A stretch of 64,000 bases of DNA, taken from NCBI GenBank assembly GCA_964019335.1, contig OZ025751.1, positions 1 through 64,000 on the forward strand, read 5' to 3'. Under the pieces are notes generated by a model. The model saw nothing but the letters and a program-made list of their open reading frames with translations. It ran no database searches and was not told the origin of the DNA. A program made the position numbers and the translations under genes. Source of the stretch: Diplonema japonicum. Its lineage: Eukaryota > Protista > Euglenozoa: Diplonemea. Below are positions 8,931 to 20,239 of the stretch, piece after piece (within the stretch, counting starts at the first letter, position 1; every line of letters starts with the position of its first letter).

Positions 8931-10520
8931 CTAGTTGCCGATCTTCACGCACTCGGGTGCGTAGTGGCAAACAGACAGGCACCTGGCCCACCACTGGTTC
9001 TGCTGGTAGCACGACAGCCCAGCCTCGCAGCAGTTGGGGTCTGAGAGGCACCCACCCCATGCACCGATCCTGCGGGCACAGCTGGCGTCCGAGGTGGGGA
9101 CCGGTGTGGAGGCAGCGGGCTGAGGAGTGGGAGCGGGGGTGGGCTGAGGGGTAGGCATCGGAGTAGGGGCAGGGGTGCGAACAGTGGTATCGGGCTGAGG
9201 GGTAGGCATCGGGGTCGGCATCGGGGTAGGAGCAGGAGTGCGGGCAGTTGTGGGAACCGGGGTGGAGGCGACGGTAGTGGGCACAGGGGTCGGCATTGGA
9301 GTAGGCATCGGGGTGGAGGCAGGAGGGGGGTTGTTCCCGTGGCTGCACCCCCTGGAAGGAGTGACGGTGGCGGAGACTGCCTGGGACCAGGCCCCGTTCC
9401 CGTCGTGGGCGGCAACCCAGAAGAAGGCCCCCCCGTTGCAGGCGTACTCCTTGTTCAGGTCCTCCATCACGCTGATGGCCTGCTGCGCGTTGCTGTTGGA
9501 GCCGGTGCCCCCGCAGTCGCTGATGCAGAAGCCGAAGACCACCTTCGTGGGGTCGTTCCCGAAGCAGTCCGTCACAAGAGTCTTGTAGTGCGCCAGGGCG
9601 GACTCGTGTACCCCGCCGTTGATCCCGTCCGAGTTGGGGCGCGTCACCCCGTTGTAGTACTGCGGCATGATGAAGTCCATGGAGCTCGCCACCTCCTTGA
9701 TGACGTTGTAGTAGCCGGTCCCCTGCTTCATGTCGATGTCCATCGGGGCGTGCGAGACCTCGCTCCCAGAGGGGAGGCTCTGCCTCAGCCCGACCGTCAC
9801 GTCCCTCAGGAACTTCTGTGCCTGCGCCCCCTTCGCGAAGGAGGACCCCCTCTGCCCGTTCTCGTAGTAGTACTCGTAGTCGATGTCCACCCCGTCGAAG
9901 TTCTGGTCCCTCGCGATCTCCACCAGCTGCTGGATCACGAAGTCCTCCTTCCCGTAGCAGTACTCCCAGCAGTCGTCCAGCCCGTCCCAAGAGCCCCCCA
10001 TCCCGGCGCCCCCGAAGGACAGGATCACCTTCTTCCCCGCTGCCCTCCACTTCTGCACGAGCGCCGGCTGAGGGGCGTTCCCGCACACCGGCACGGGCGA
10101 CGAGATCTGGCACTGCTGGTTGCAGGTGTTCTTCCCGGGGTTCCACGTGTAGGTCACCGCGAACGACACGAGCACGTGCGTGTAGGCGTTCATCTGCGCA
10201 TCCGTGGGGCACGCCTGCCAGTTCCCGACGTAGGCGATCATCCTGCTGTCCTCCTCCGCCTGCGCCGACGGTCCGGGCGGAGGGGTCGGGGGCGTCGGCG
10301 TCGGAGGGGGCGCCGGCACCGTGCCCCCCATCGACGGGCACCACGTCGCCTGGTTCGACGTGCACACGCTCGCGCTGCCCCCGCCAGGGTAGCACGGCTC
10401 TGCCCACCCGGATTTGTAGCAAGGCTCGTTCCTGTTGATGCAGCGTTGGCAGTCTGCCACTGACTGCCCTGCCGCCCCTGCCGCAAGCAGCATCAACCCA
10501 AGCATCTTTAGTGTCTTCAT
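8931..10520 (-). CDS. Secreted GH18 chitinase with an N-terminal Cys module, PT linkers and a C-terminal CBM1-like domain
   Basis: KVILSFGG, catalytic [21 protein letters not shown]; C-terminal [17 protein letters not shown]. Confidence 0.93.
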   Translation of the reverse strand: MKTLKMLGLMLLAAGAAGQSVADCQRCINRNEPCYKSGWAEPCYPGGGSASVCTSNQATWCPSMGGTVPAPPPTPTPPTPPPGPSAQAEEDSRMIAYVGNWQACPTDAQMNAYTHVLVSFAVTYTWNPGKNTCNQQCQISSPVPVCGNAPQPALVQKWRAAGKKVILSFGGAGMGGSWDGLDDCWEYCYGKEDFVIQQLVEIARDQNFDGVDIDYEYYYENGQRGSSFAKGAQAQKFLRDVTVGLRQSLPSGSEVSHAPMDIDMKQGTGYYNVIKEVASSMDFIMPQYYNGVTRPNSDGINGGVHESALAHYKTLVTDCFGNDPTKVVFGFCISDCGGTGSNSNAQQAISVMEDLNKEYACNGGAFFWVAAHDGNGAWSQAVSATVTPSRGCSHGNNPPPASTPMPTPMPTPVPTTVASTPVPTTARTPAPTPMPTPMPTPQPDTTVRTPAPTPMPTPQPTPAPTPQPAASTPVPTSDASCARRIGAWGGCLSDPNCCEAGLSCYQQNQWWARCLSVCHYAPECVKIGN

Positions 10521-11538
10521 TATTATTTTCTTTTTTTCGTGTGTATAAAAAACCTGTTGGGGGATTCAAACAACCATTTATCTGAACAACAACAAAAAAA
10601 AGAAAAATGGGAGGAATTTTATTTTTTTCTTTATTTTTTTTTCTCTTTTTTTTTTTCCACTCTGAGCGCCTCTACAATATGAAAGTAAAGGAAAGAATGA
10701 TAAAAAAAAAAAAAAAGAAGAAGAAGAAGAAGAAAAACAACAAAAGAATTTTAAAAGAAAAAAGACGAGAAGATAACTGTATTTCTGAATCCAGGCTTAC
10801 CCTGCTGTGGAGATGCCCGGAAGTCCTGCAGAAGGCAAAAAAAAAGAAGAAGAGTGAGAACATTCACGTTATGAAAGATTGAGATGCCTCCTTCGAAGGA
10901 GCAGCCGAGGCAGTGCCCTTCCCCCCACCAGCGCAACAAGCAGCCCTTCATACTCACAGTTTAGATCTTTGTTGATGCAATAAATATTTAAAGGAGAGGG
11001 AGGAAAGGAAAAAGAAGAAGAAAAAAAGACCAGTTTTCTTTTTTTTTTATATCCATGTGTGACACAATGCTAGCCTGGTCCCTGTGGGGTCCCATAAGAG
11101 AGGGATCACGGGGAAAGCTCATCGCTAAGCGGTGCTACCATGACATGAAAAGGGGTCATTAAAAAAAGAAAAAAAAGAAAAGAGTAGAGCAGCAATTAGC
11201 AAAAGGGATATGTCAACTTTTTTTTTTTTCCAATTTTTCTTTCGCAAACGCTTTTCTCTGCTGTACTTTCGCAACTGCTAAGAAACATAACCTCTTAAGC
11301 AAATGCTCGGAGCACAATAGGGCAGAGAGTCGCGAGGGGGGGAAATATTTAGAAAAAAAATAAAAGGAATCCCAAAAACCAACTCTACAAAAATGAACAC
11401 GAATTGAAGAAAAAAATGAATTTAAAAGAACAGAAAAAGAAATGAGAGAGAGAGAGAGAGAAACACCTGATGATGAAAAGATAAGCGATAAACTGAAGGA
11501 TTGTTACGATCCGTACTCCAGGTTTTCTTTCTTTCCTT

Positions 11539-11569
<31 letters not shown>

Positions 11570-11955
11570 CTTCTTTTTTTTTCTTTCTTTTTTTTTGAAT
11601 ACCATTCCGCAAGGAATAATAATAAAAAAAAGTGGGAAACGAAGGGGGGAAAGGGAGTGAAAAATACCTTTACGATTTAATGCATTTCTTTTGCAACGAG
11701 TATAGAGAATAAAGCTTGAGAATAAAAAAAAAAAAGAACAAAAAAAAACTGCAAATTAGTTTTTTTTTTGTGCTTTTTTTTCCTTCTTCCCCCTTTTTTT
11801 TCTCCACTCGGCCCAAAATGCACAAGGAATTAAGATACGTTCTCTTTTTTTTTTTTTTTTTTTGAAAAAACAGATTTTTTAGTAGGGGAAAAAATAAAAT
11901 AAAAAACTCCCGCAAGAAAGAAAAGCGGATTGATTTTTTTTCTTTGTGCCTCTCT

Positions 11956-13605
11956 CTACTTCAAGGAACCGCAAGGCTTGTACAGACCACGTGCGGAGAC
12001 CGGTGCCCTCATCATGGAGATGAAAGAGTCGGGGATCTGGTCCTGGCCGGTGGAGTGTCTGTGGCATTCCTCTTGCGCAAGGTCTTTAAACATATCAGAC
12101 TTGCTCTCCCCCTCCTTCTCCCTCGTCGCGTCTGCCTCGTCGAACATCAACTCGAGGTTCTTGTCTGAGAGGAAGTGCTCCTTGAACGCTGCGCGGGAAT
12201 TGCCCTCCTTGTTGTTCTTGTTGTTGTCCTTGTTGTTGAGAACAGCCCCCTCCCTGGAAGCTCCCCCCTCGCTCACACAGGTGGAGGAACAGCCGTCCCC
12301 GTCAACAGTGTTCCCGTCGTCGCACTCCTCGGCACCCCCCATCTCCGCAGTGTCCACCGTCCCGTCCCCGCAGCACGTCAGCTTCGGGGCCGTCCCGGGA
12401 ACAACGAGGTCCCAGCTCCCCCTCAAGGGGCTCCCGATGAGGTCCGCAAGGGTGTCCGTGCCGTAGGTGTAGCTCGCACCGTATGGGAGGTCTGTGATGC
12501 TGTGCATGTCGCGGATGGTGGCAGGGTGGTCCTTGAAGAAGGTGGGGATCCTGCTCCCGTCCACGGTGAAGGGCAGCGTCCCCTCCAGGCTCATGTCCTC
12601 AGCGGACGAAGCGGAGAAGTAGATGGTCTCGTTGAGGGCGTCCTTCGGGACCTCATCGTAGCCGTGGTAGTCCTGCCACAGGGCCCATATCCTGTCCACG
12701 TTCGCGTGGTGCACGAAGAAGAGCGGGTCGTCGGGGCTCAGGTACGACCCCATGTGGCCGCTGACGTAGATGTGCGGGGCGGCGTGCGGGTTCCCCTCCA
12801 AGACGGGACGGAAGTTCCGGAAGGCCGCGTTCGAGGTGATGATCGCCGAGATCTCCATCGCCCCTGTGAACCCAGCCCCGCCCCAGTTCCTGGAAAGGCA
12901 ATCCCCGTCCGATGCCGTCCACCCCGCCGCCACTCCCTCCGTCACGCAGTTGTCGGGCCAGCCCCCCACACCGCTCCTCGTTCCGAAGGTCTTCGCCCTG
13001 AAGGTTGTGCTGAAGCGCTCCTCCGCGTCGTCCCTCTCCCAGTCCCAGTACGGGACCGTCATGCACTCGAACCCGGGGAGGGAGCGCAGGGCGTTCTCGT
13101 AGCCGACCAGGAACCAGCGGTGCCAGGGGAGGAAGGCAGAAGTCCCGTGCGCGTACCTTCCGTTGTTCCTGTGCAGCTGCGACAAGTCGTGGTAGTCTGT
13201 GGTATTCTCCGAGTGCAGCGTCCGCACTGCCTCGATGAAGTGCTCCCTCTCCGTGCACGACAGCATGGACCACCCCTTCCTCACACGCGGCCCGCACCCG
13301 GTGGGGGGGCTGGGCGTCGCCGGCGCATCGGTGGGGGGGCTTGGCGTCGCCGGCACATCGGTCTCGTTTGAGGTCTTCCCCCCGCCGCACACGCAGCACG
13401 CCTCGTTCGCCACGTGTTCGTTCCGGTAGCGAGAGCCGTACCACCCGCAGCGCTGCGCCACAGCACCGTACCAGTCACAACCAGTCTCGTAAGGCTTGTC
13501 CACCCAGATCCCTCCGCCGGAGAGCCGCAGGTCGGTGCACTTTTCCGCTGCTGCTGCCCCACCCGCTAGGCTCAGGATTAGCGCTAGAAGCACCGAAGTA
13601 TGCAT
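11956..13605 (-). CDS. Secreted tyrosinase/polyphenol oxidase A (one N-terminal Cys module; DUF4215-like Cys repeat)
   Basis: CuA H..AHG..FLPWHR, PYWDW, CuB PHAAPH..DPLFFVHHANVDRIW; CGDG..EECDDGN..DGDGCSSTC. Confidence 0.92.
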   Translation of the reverse strand: MHTSVLLALILSLAGGAAAAEKCTDLRLSGGGIWVDKPYETGCDWYGAVAQRCGWYGSRYRNEHVANEACCVCGGGKTSNETDVPATPSPPTDAPATPSPPTGCGPRVRKGWSMLSCTEREHFIEAVRTLHSENTTDYHDLSQLHRNNGRYAHGTSAFLPWHRWFLVGYENALRSLPGFECMTVPYWDWERDDAEERFSTTFRAKTFGTRSGVGGWPDNCVTEGVAAGWTASDGDCLSRNWGGAGFTGAMEISAIITSNAAFRNFRPVLEGNPHAAPHIYVSGHMGSYLSPDDPLFFVHHANVDRIWALWQDYHGYDEVPKDALNETIYFSASSAEDMSLEGTLPFTVDGSRIPTFFKDHPATIRDMHSITDLPYGASYTYGTDTLADLIGSPLRGSWDLVVPGTAPKLTCCGDGTVDTAEMGGAEECDDGNTVDGDGCSSTCVSEGGASREGAVLNNKDNNKNNKEGNSRAAFKEHFLSDKNLELMFDEADATREKEGESKSDMFKDLAQEECHRHSTGQDQIPDSFISMMRAPVSARGLYKPCGSLK

Positions 13606-13624
13606 CTTTTGTCTTTTTTTTTTG

Positions 13625-13667
<43 letters not shown>

Positions 13668-14125
13668 GGCAAAAACCTGGTGGTGGTGTTGGTGGTGGGA
13701 ACCATGTATGAAGAAGAAGAAGAGGGAACAAAAAGAAAAGAAAAAAGAAGAAGAAAAAGGGAGGAATTTTATTCTTCACTCTGACCTCTACAATATGAAG
13801 CAAAGGAAAGAGTGATATATAAAAAAAAAAAACAACAAGTAAAGAATTAAAAAGAAGAAGATAACTGTATTTCTGAAGTCCTGCAGAAGGCAAAAAAAAC
13901 GAGAGAGTGAGGGAGAACATCCACGTTATGAAAGATTGAGATGTTGTTGGGATATTGCCTTCCTCGGAGCCCTCCCTTCCAGCGCAACAAGCAGCCCTTC
14001 ATACTCACAGTTTAGATCTTTGTGTATAGAAAAAAAAATTTAAAAAAAAAAAAGGACCGGTTTTCTTTTTTATCCATGTGTGACAATGCTAGCCTGGTCC
14101 CTGTGGGGTCCCATAAGAGAGGGAT

Positions 14126-14174
14126 CACGGGGTGAACACGAAACCGAAATTTCTGGTTTCGTGCTCACCCCGTG
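14126..14174. repeat. 49-bp near-perfect palindrome (fold-back or collapsed TIR remnant)
   Basis: Arms CACGGGGTGAACACGAAACC and GGTTTCGTGCTCACCCCGTG (one mismatch). The paralogous spacer at about 11107 keeps only CACGGGG. Confidence 0.8.
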
Positions 14175-14989
14175 TACTCATCGTTAAGCGGTGCTAGTAG
14201 TTGATGCACACCATGACATGAAAAGGTCATTAATTTTTTTTTTTTAAAAAAAAGAAAAGAGAAAAAAAAAGAGTAGAGCAGCAATTAGCAAAGGGGATAT
14301 GTCAACTTTCTTTTTTTTTTTTTCTTTCTTTCTTTCTTTCGCAAACGCTTTTCTCTGCTGTACTTTCGCAACTGCTAAGAAACATAACCTCTTAAGCAAA
14401 TGCTCGGAGCACAATAGGGCAGAGAGTCGCGAGGGAAAATGGAAAGAAGAAGAAAAAAAGAAAGGAATCCCAAAAACCAACCTAACTCTACAACACGAAT
14501 TGAAGTAAGAAAAAAAAAATAAATTTAAAAAAAAGAAGAAAATAAAAGAAAAGAGAGAGAGAGAGAAATACATGACGAAAAGATTTAAGAGATAAAGTGA
14601 AGTATTGATACCATCCATACTCCAAGTTTTCTTTCCTTTTTTTTTTTTTCTTTCTCTCTCTCTTTTTGTTTTCTTCTCCTTTTTTGGAAAAAACAAGCGA
14701 ATACGCAGTCTAGCGAATAAAAATGCCTCGCAACACCAATGCATGCCATTCCACAAGGAATAATAAAAGAGAGGGAAACGGGGAGAAGGGTGAAAAATAC
14801 CTTTACGACTTAATGCAGCATTTCTTTTGCAACAAGTATAGAGAATAAAGCTTGAGAATAATAATAATAATAAACTGCAAATGAGTTCCCCTCCCTTTTT
14901 TTTCTCTACTCGACCCAAAGTGCACAAGGAATTAGGATATTTTTATTTTCCTTCTTTTTTTTGGGGGTGATTGTTTTCTTTGTGCCTCT

Positions 14990-16810
14990 CTACTTCAAGG
15001 AACCGCAAGGCTTGTACAGACCACGTGCGGAGACCGGTGCCCTCATCATGGAGATGAAAGAGTCGGGGATCTGGTCCTGGCCGGTGGAGTGTCTGTGGCA
15101 TTCCTCTTGCGCAAGGTCTTTAAACATATCAGACTTGCTCTCCCCCTCCTTCTCCCTCGTCGCGTCTGCCTCGTCGAACATCAACTCGAGGTTCTTGTCT
15201 GAGAGGAAGTGCTCCTTGAACGCTGCGCGGGAATTGCCCTCCTTGTTGTTCTTGTTGTTGTCCTTGTTGTTGAGAACAGCCCCCTCCCTGGAAGCTCCCC
15301 CCTCGCTCACACAGGTGGAGGAACAGCCGTCCCCGTCAACAGTGTTCCCGTCGTCGCACTCCTCGGCACCCCCCATCTCCGCAGTGTCCACCGTCCCGTC
15401 CCCGCAGCACGTCAGCTTCGGGGCCGTCCCGGGAACAACGAGGTCCCAGCTCCCCCTCAAGGGGCTCCCGATGAGGTCCGCAAGGGTGTCCGTGCCGTAG
15501 GTGTAGCTCGCACCGTATGGGAGGTCTGTGATGCTGTGCATGTCGCGGATGGTGGCAGGGTGGTCCTTGAAGAAGGTGGGGATCCTGCTCCCGTCCACGG
15601 TGAAGGGCAGCGTCCCCTCCAGGCTCATGTCCTCAGCGGACGAAGCGGAGAAGTAGATGGTCTCGTTGAGGGCGTCCTTCGGGACCTCATCGTAGCCGTG
15701 GTAGTCCTGCCACAGGGCCCATATCCTGTCCACGTTCGCGTGGTGCACGAAGAAGAGCGGGTCGTCGGGGCTCAGGTACGACCCCATGTGGCCGCTGACG
15801 TAGATGTGCGGGGCGGCGTGCGGGTTCCCCTCCAAGACGGGACGGAAGTTCCGGAAGGCCGCGTTCGAGGTGATGATCGCCGAGATCTCCATCGCCCCTG
15901 TGAACCCAGCCCCGCCCCAGTTCCTGGAAAGGCAATCCCCGTCCGATGCCGTCCACCCCGCCGCCACTCCCTCCGTCACGCAGTTGTCGGGCCAGCCCCC
16001 CACACCGCTCCTCGTTCCGAAGGTCTTCGCCCTGAAGGTTGTGCTGAAGCGCTCCTCCGCGTCGTCCCTCTCCCAGTCCCAGTACGGGACCGTCATGCAC
16101 TCGAACCCGGGGAGGGAGCGCAGGGCGTTCTCGTAGCCGACCAGGAACCAGCGGTGCCAGGGGAGGAAGGCAGAAGTCCCGTGCGCGTACCTTCCGTTGT
16201 TCCTGTGCAGCTGCGACAAGTCGTGGTAGTCTGTGGTATTCTCCGAGTGCAGCGTCCGCACTGCCTCGATGAAGTGCTCCCTCTCCGTGCACGACAGCAT
16301 GGACCACCCCTTCCTCACACGCGGCCCGCACCCGGTGGGGGGGCTGGGCGTCGCCGGCGCATCGGTGGGGGGGCTTGGCGTCGCCGGCACATCGGTCTCG
16401 TTTGAGGTCTTCCCCCCGCCGCACACGCAGCACGCCTCGTTCGCCACCAACTCGTTCCTGTTCCTGTCACCCCTCCTGCACCTTTGTTCACTCTTCTTCG
16501 CGTACCAGGCACAGGTGCGCCTGGAGCGCTTCTTGTCGTGCCACACCGTCCCATCGGAAAGAGTTTCGTCCACACAGACCTCGTCCCCCCCGCCGCACAC
16601 GCAGCACGCTTCGTTCGCCACAAACTCGTTCCTGTTCCTGTCACCCCTCCTGCACCTTTGTTCACTCTTCTTCTCGTACCAGGCACAGGTGCGCCTGGAG
16701 CGCTTCTGGTCGTGCCACACCGTCCCATTGGAAAGGGTTTTGTCCACACAGACCCCCTCCACAGAGGCAAGCACGGCTCCCAGCGCAAGAATCGCGAGTA
16801 AGGCCCTCAT
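14990..16810 (-). CDS. Secreted tyrosinase/polyphenol oxidase B (two basic N-terminal Cys modules)
   Basis: Same catalytic region as copy A. The N-terminus has two copies of CVD.TLS.GTVWHD.KRSRRTCAWY..ANEACCVCGGG. Confidence 0.92.
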   Translation of the reverse strand: MRALLAILALGAVLASVEGVCVDKTLSNGTVWHDQKRSRRTCAWYEKKSEQRCRRGDRNRNEFVANEACCVCGGGDEVCVDETLSDGTVWHDKKRSRRTCAWYAKKSEQRCRRGDRNRNELVANEACCVCGGGKTSNETDVPATPSPPTDAPATPSPPTGCGPRVRKGWSMLSCTEREHFIEAVRTLHSENTTDYHDLSQLHRNNGRYAHGTSAFLPWHRWFLVGYENALRSLPGFECMTVPYWDWERDDAEERFSTTFRAKTFGTRSGVGGWPDNCVTEGVAAGWTASDGDCLSRNWGGAGFTGAMEISAIITSNAAFRNFRPVLEGNPHAAPHIYVSGHMGSYLSPDDPLFFVHHANVDRIWALWQDYHGYDEVPKDALNETIYFSASSAEDMSLEGTLPFTVDGSRIPTFFKDHPATIRDMHSITDLPYGASYTYGTDTLADLIGSPLRGSWDLVVPGTAPKLTCCGDGTVDTAEMGGAEECDDGNTVDGDGCSSTCVSEGGASREGAVLNNKDNNKNNKEGNSRAAFKEHFLSDKNLELMFDEADATREKEGESKSDMFKDLAQEECHRHSTGQDQIPDSFISMMRAPVSARGLYKPCGSLK

Positions 16811-17075
16811 GTATTTTTTCTTTTTTTTAAAAAACCTATGTGATGATGAACTTGTGACAAAATAGTGGAATGTTGTATGAAAGAGGTCAAAAGAAAAGTG
16901 GAAATTTCTTTTTTCGTTCTTTCTTTCAAAGGGTTTTTAATCATTAACGACCTTATCAGCGGCAAGCCGTTGGGACAGCTCCGCCTCGGCCTGCTTACGT
17001 ATCGCACGCAATATGAGCTCGGTTTCTCTCGTAGGGGGCGCAGCGATAGCACTATCATTATTATTATTATTTTTT

Positions 17076-18069
17076 TTATAATTTTCTTGCAGCATACGCT
17101 TTCAGAGCAGAGTCCCATTCTTCGCTGTTCTCATTGAACTGGATGAGGATTTGTGGATGGGCGGCGTTCATGGTGTGCGAGAGGAAGTCTGTCAAGCAAA
17201 CAACGTTGCGCTTCCCCAATTGCGATGAGGTGCTCATGCGGCAGCCGCGGAGGAGAATGCACTGCACGCACGCAGCGTTGGGTTGGTCTGAAGGAAAGAT
17301 GTAGAGAAGTTGCTGCCAGAGAACTGCGAAGCTCTCAACCCAGCCTGGTCGGCCTAACCATGTTCGTGATACAAAGTTACATCGACTAGATAGTGTCGAT
17401 GGGGTTTTGACAGTGCTGACAACGAGACCGGTTGGATCAGCGAGCTGGTGCTCATGTTCCGTTGCACGGCCAGAGTCGCGGGAGAAAAGCTGAAGCGCCA
17501 CCCTGCTTAGTAGGGCCGACGTTCTTGCTAGCTGCACCATCCACTTGACAAGGATCGGAACGAGTTCTGCTGGGATGCTCTCGTTCCATATTTCCATTAT
17601 CGTAGGGTTGCTTGGTTGTACTGGTTGATCCAGTAGTTTGTCCAGTTCTCGGTGGACGGCCATGATGCTGGTTTCGCTTCGCTTCGCGTTGTTGAGTTGT
17701 ACACCGCATCGCACTAAGTCGTTTTCGTGGTTGATGCCGTCCTTTACTGCCTCTGTGATGCCGTCGTGGGCTGTTATTCGGCGGAATAGATTGTCGAGTT
17801 TTTCGATTGTGACCGGTCTGTGTTGTGCCGGGGGGGTGTCTTCCTTCACCTCTATGTTGCCCGTCACAGCCAGCATCGCCTTCATCACCCCCACGTAGCC
17901 TTGCTTTCGTTCCTCCCTTGCCCTCATCACCTTCGACAACACCTGGTTAGCGTCTTCGTCTTCTTCCCTCCGTGCGGCGACCCATTCCTCCACCGAGATC
18001 TTATCCTCTCCCTTCTTCCCGCATAGCATTACCACCGTGTTAATCAGATCGACTTCTATCTGTATGCTC

Positions 18070-18071
<2 letters not shown>
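17076..18071 (-). CDS. Hypothetical protein (~331 aa, possibly chimeric or decaying)
   Basis: ATG directly after a poly(A) tract like other genes here; long ORF; no recognisable motif; base composition shifts near 17830. Confidence 0.4.
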
Positions 18072-18101
<30 letters not shown>

Positions 18102-18194
18102 GGTAGGGGTTGAGGCATCCAGGTTGTTTTCCGCAGGACTATCTGACCCTTGCCGCAATTTTTGTGAAAGGGGACAAGAGAAGTACAGCCAACA

Positions 18195-18763
18195 TCAGTA
18201 AGACCCATCGAAAAGGAAGTGTATCCTCAAACCCTTTTAAAGGTCGGTTCTAGTAGCTGGTAAATTGTTTATCATCATCTTTAATGGTATTTGGCCCGTC
18301 TAGGATCTATTTAACTCTGTTTCTGCATCCATGGCTTGCTGAGGAACTGGGGAGGGTGTGTTCCTTCGGTGCAGCCAACAGCCAACATCAAAAAAAGTAA
18401 TTACGATTTTCTCTGTATCCCGCAGCAATCTCGCAGGACTATCTGACCCTTGCCGCAATTTTTGTGCGAAAGGGGACACATGGCTTGCTGAAAGGGAAGT
18501 ACACCAACAGCCAACATCAGTAAGACCCATCGAAAAGGAAGTGTATCCTCAAACCCTTTTAAAAGGTCGGTTCTAGTAGCTGGTAAAAATCTTATCATCA
18601 TCTTTAATGGTATTTGGCCTGTCGCACACATGGTATTGCTGAGGAACAGGGAACAGGTGGTTTCCTTACAGCCAACATCAGTAAGACCCATCGAAAAGGA
18701 AGTGTATCCTCAAACCCTTTTTAAAAGGTCGGTTCTAGTAGCTGGTAAAAATTTTATCATCCT
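18195..18763 (-). ncRNA. Cluster of three double-guide box C/D snoRNA copies (18195-18278, 18517-18601, 18678-18763)
   Basis: Box C ATGATGA (AGGATGA in copy 3), guide ACCAGCTACTAGA, D' CCGA, CCTTTT/AAAAGG stem, C' TTGAGGA, guide TTCGATGGGTCTT, box D CTGA. The guides are antisense to the conserved LSU rRNA stretch AAGACNNAUCGAACCAUCUAGUAGCUGGU. Confidence 0.85.
18426..18490 (-). ncRNA. Candidate single-hairpin AGA-box (H/ACA-like) guide RNA; partial copy at 18132-18176
   Basis: Upper stems CCCTT/AAGGG and TCGCA/TGCGG, an internal pocket, AGA 15 nt from the top of the pocket; alternates with the C/D RNA. The lower stem is imperfect and no target was identified. Confidence 0.45.
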
Positions 18764-18821
18764 AAGAGGCTCTGCCTTTCCATCTGAAGAGGCACAACAG
18801 GGGGGGGGTCATAAGGGGGTC

Positions 18822-19167
18822 GTTTTTTTGCCCTTTTTCAGGCTCTTCGCCAAGGGCATTTTGGGCCCTTAAAAAAACTGTAACCACCCCAAAAGTGCCC
18901 ACAAATCACCCAAACCCCCGTTTCCCTATGGTTTCCGGCCCCAGAAGTGCCCAGAATCATTTTATGTTCCCTAGGATTACATAGGGAAAGTACCAAACGG
19001 GGGCCCCAAAAATTAGAACATGATTCTAGGCACTTCTGAGGCCGGAAACCATCGGGAAACGAGGGTTTGGGTGATTTGTGGGCACTTTTGGGGTGGTTAC
19101 AGTTTTTTTAAGGGCCCAAAATGCTTTTGGCGAAGAACCCCCCCCCCCCCCCCCCAAAGGCAAAAAA
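18822..19167. mobile_element. MITE/fold-back element with ~115-bp inverted arms
   Basis: 18845-18960 is the reverse complement (few mismatches) of 19020-19137 around a ~60-bp spacer; the outer tttttgccc/ggcaaaaaa extends the pairing. Confidence 0.75.
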
Positions 19168-20049
19168 GCGGTAAAGAAGCACATCAATAATAAAAAAATC
19201 TTTTTTTGAAACAAAAGAGGGAAGAGGGGATGGAAAATAAGGGAAACAATTAAAAATCTTTTTTTCATGTTCACGATGGACCAGGGTTTAAAAGCACCAC
19301 ATTTGCCAGGGTAGACAAAATATAAAAAGATTTTTTTTTTTTCGCATGGAATAAAGAGGAACAAGTAGAAGAAAAAAATAAAAGATAGGGATGAAAATGG
19401 AGAAAACAAACCATTCACTCTGTTTTGTAGAGCCACTAGATATCTTTCGTGCAACAACTTTCATTTCTTTCAAATTTCTTAAAAAAAAAAAAAAAAAAAA
19501 AAGACTTTAGCGGAGAAAAGAAGTTGGAACGCACGATCAAAAATTCTTTGCAGCAAGGACAATTATCAAAGTATAAATGTACAAAAACTCCAAAAAAAAA
19601 AAAGAAAAAAAAAGAAACGAAAAAGGGACCGCGTGTGTTCTTTGGTCCTGAGAGGGAAAGCAAATGGAGAGAGTAAAATTTTAAACAAAAAAAAGGCTCG
19701 CAAAAATATCTTTGGGGAATGGGGGGGGGGGGGGGGGTTCCCTTCTTCTTCGCTTTTACGCTCCTCATTTCATTCTCAGAGTCAAAAAACACCCTTTAGT
19801 TCAGCAATAAATAAAAGTGAAAAGAATGAAACGAGAAGGGGGGGGGGGGGGGGGGGGGGGAGAAGAAGAAAGAGAGAAAGGTCCCATAAGGTTAAGAGGA
19901 TTTACAGTATTCTTCTTCTTTTTTCCTATTTCTTGTTTGTGTGTCACTAATGTTCCTGATCCCTACTTAACCCCTTCAGATGCTGCCTTCGCACACGATG
20001 CATTTGATAGGGGGGAGTGGGCAGAGACCTTAGAAAAGAGAATCCCCTC

Positions 20050-20081
<32 letters not shown>

Positions 20082-20095
20082 AAAAAAAAAAAAAA

Positions 20096-20135
20096 AAGAC
20101 ATTTAAGGGTACCTGCGGTATGTGGCAGGACGCCT
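20096..20135. repeat. Short dispersed repeat GACATTTAAGGGTACCTGCGGTATGTGGCAGGACGCCT next to an A-tract
   Basis: Identical at 29004-29041; diverged copy at about 26262-26301. Confidence 0.75.
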
Positions 20136-20239
20136 AAAAAAAGAGGAAACAAAAAGGAATAAAAAAAGAGAGAGAGAGGTAAAAATAATACAAACCAATC
20201 ACTTTGTCTTCTTTTTTTTTTTTTTGTTTTGTTGTTGCC

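Larger units (their letters stand above)
10657..16447. repeat. ~3-kb tandem duplication (tyrosinase plus downstream spacer)
   Basis: 11940-13413 is essentially identical to 14974-16447 (offset 3034). Spacers 10657-11940 and 13776-14974 share conserved blocks but have diverged homopolymers. Confidence 0.9.

Noticed and set aside
18245-18265. rRNA gene fragment (TCTAGTAGCTGGT)
   Set aside because: The matches are only 13 nt and are explained as snoRNA guides on the opposite strand.
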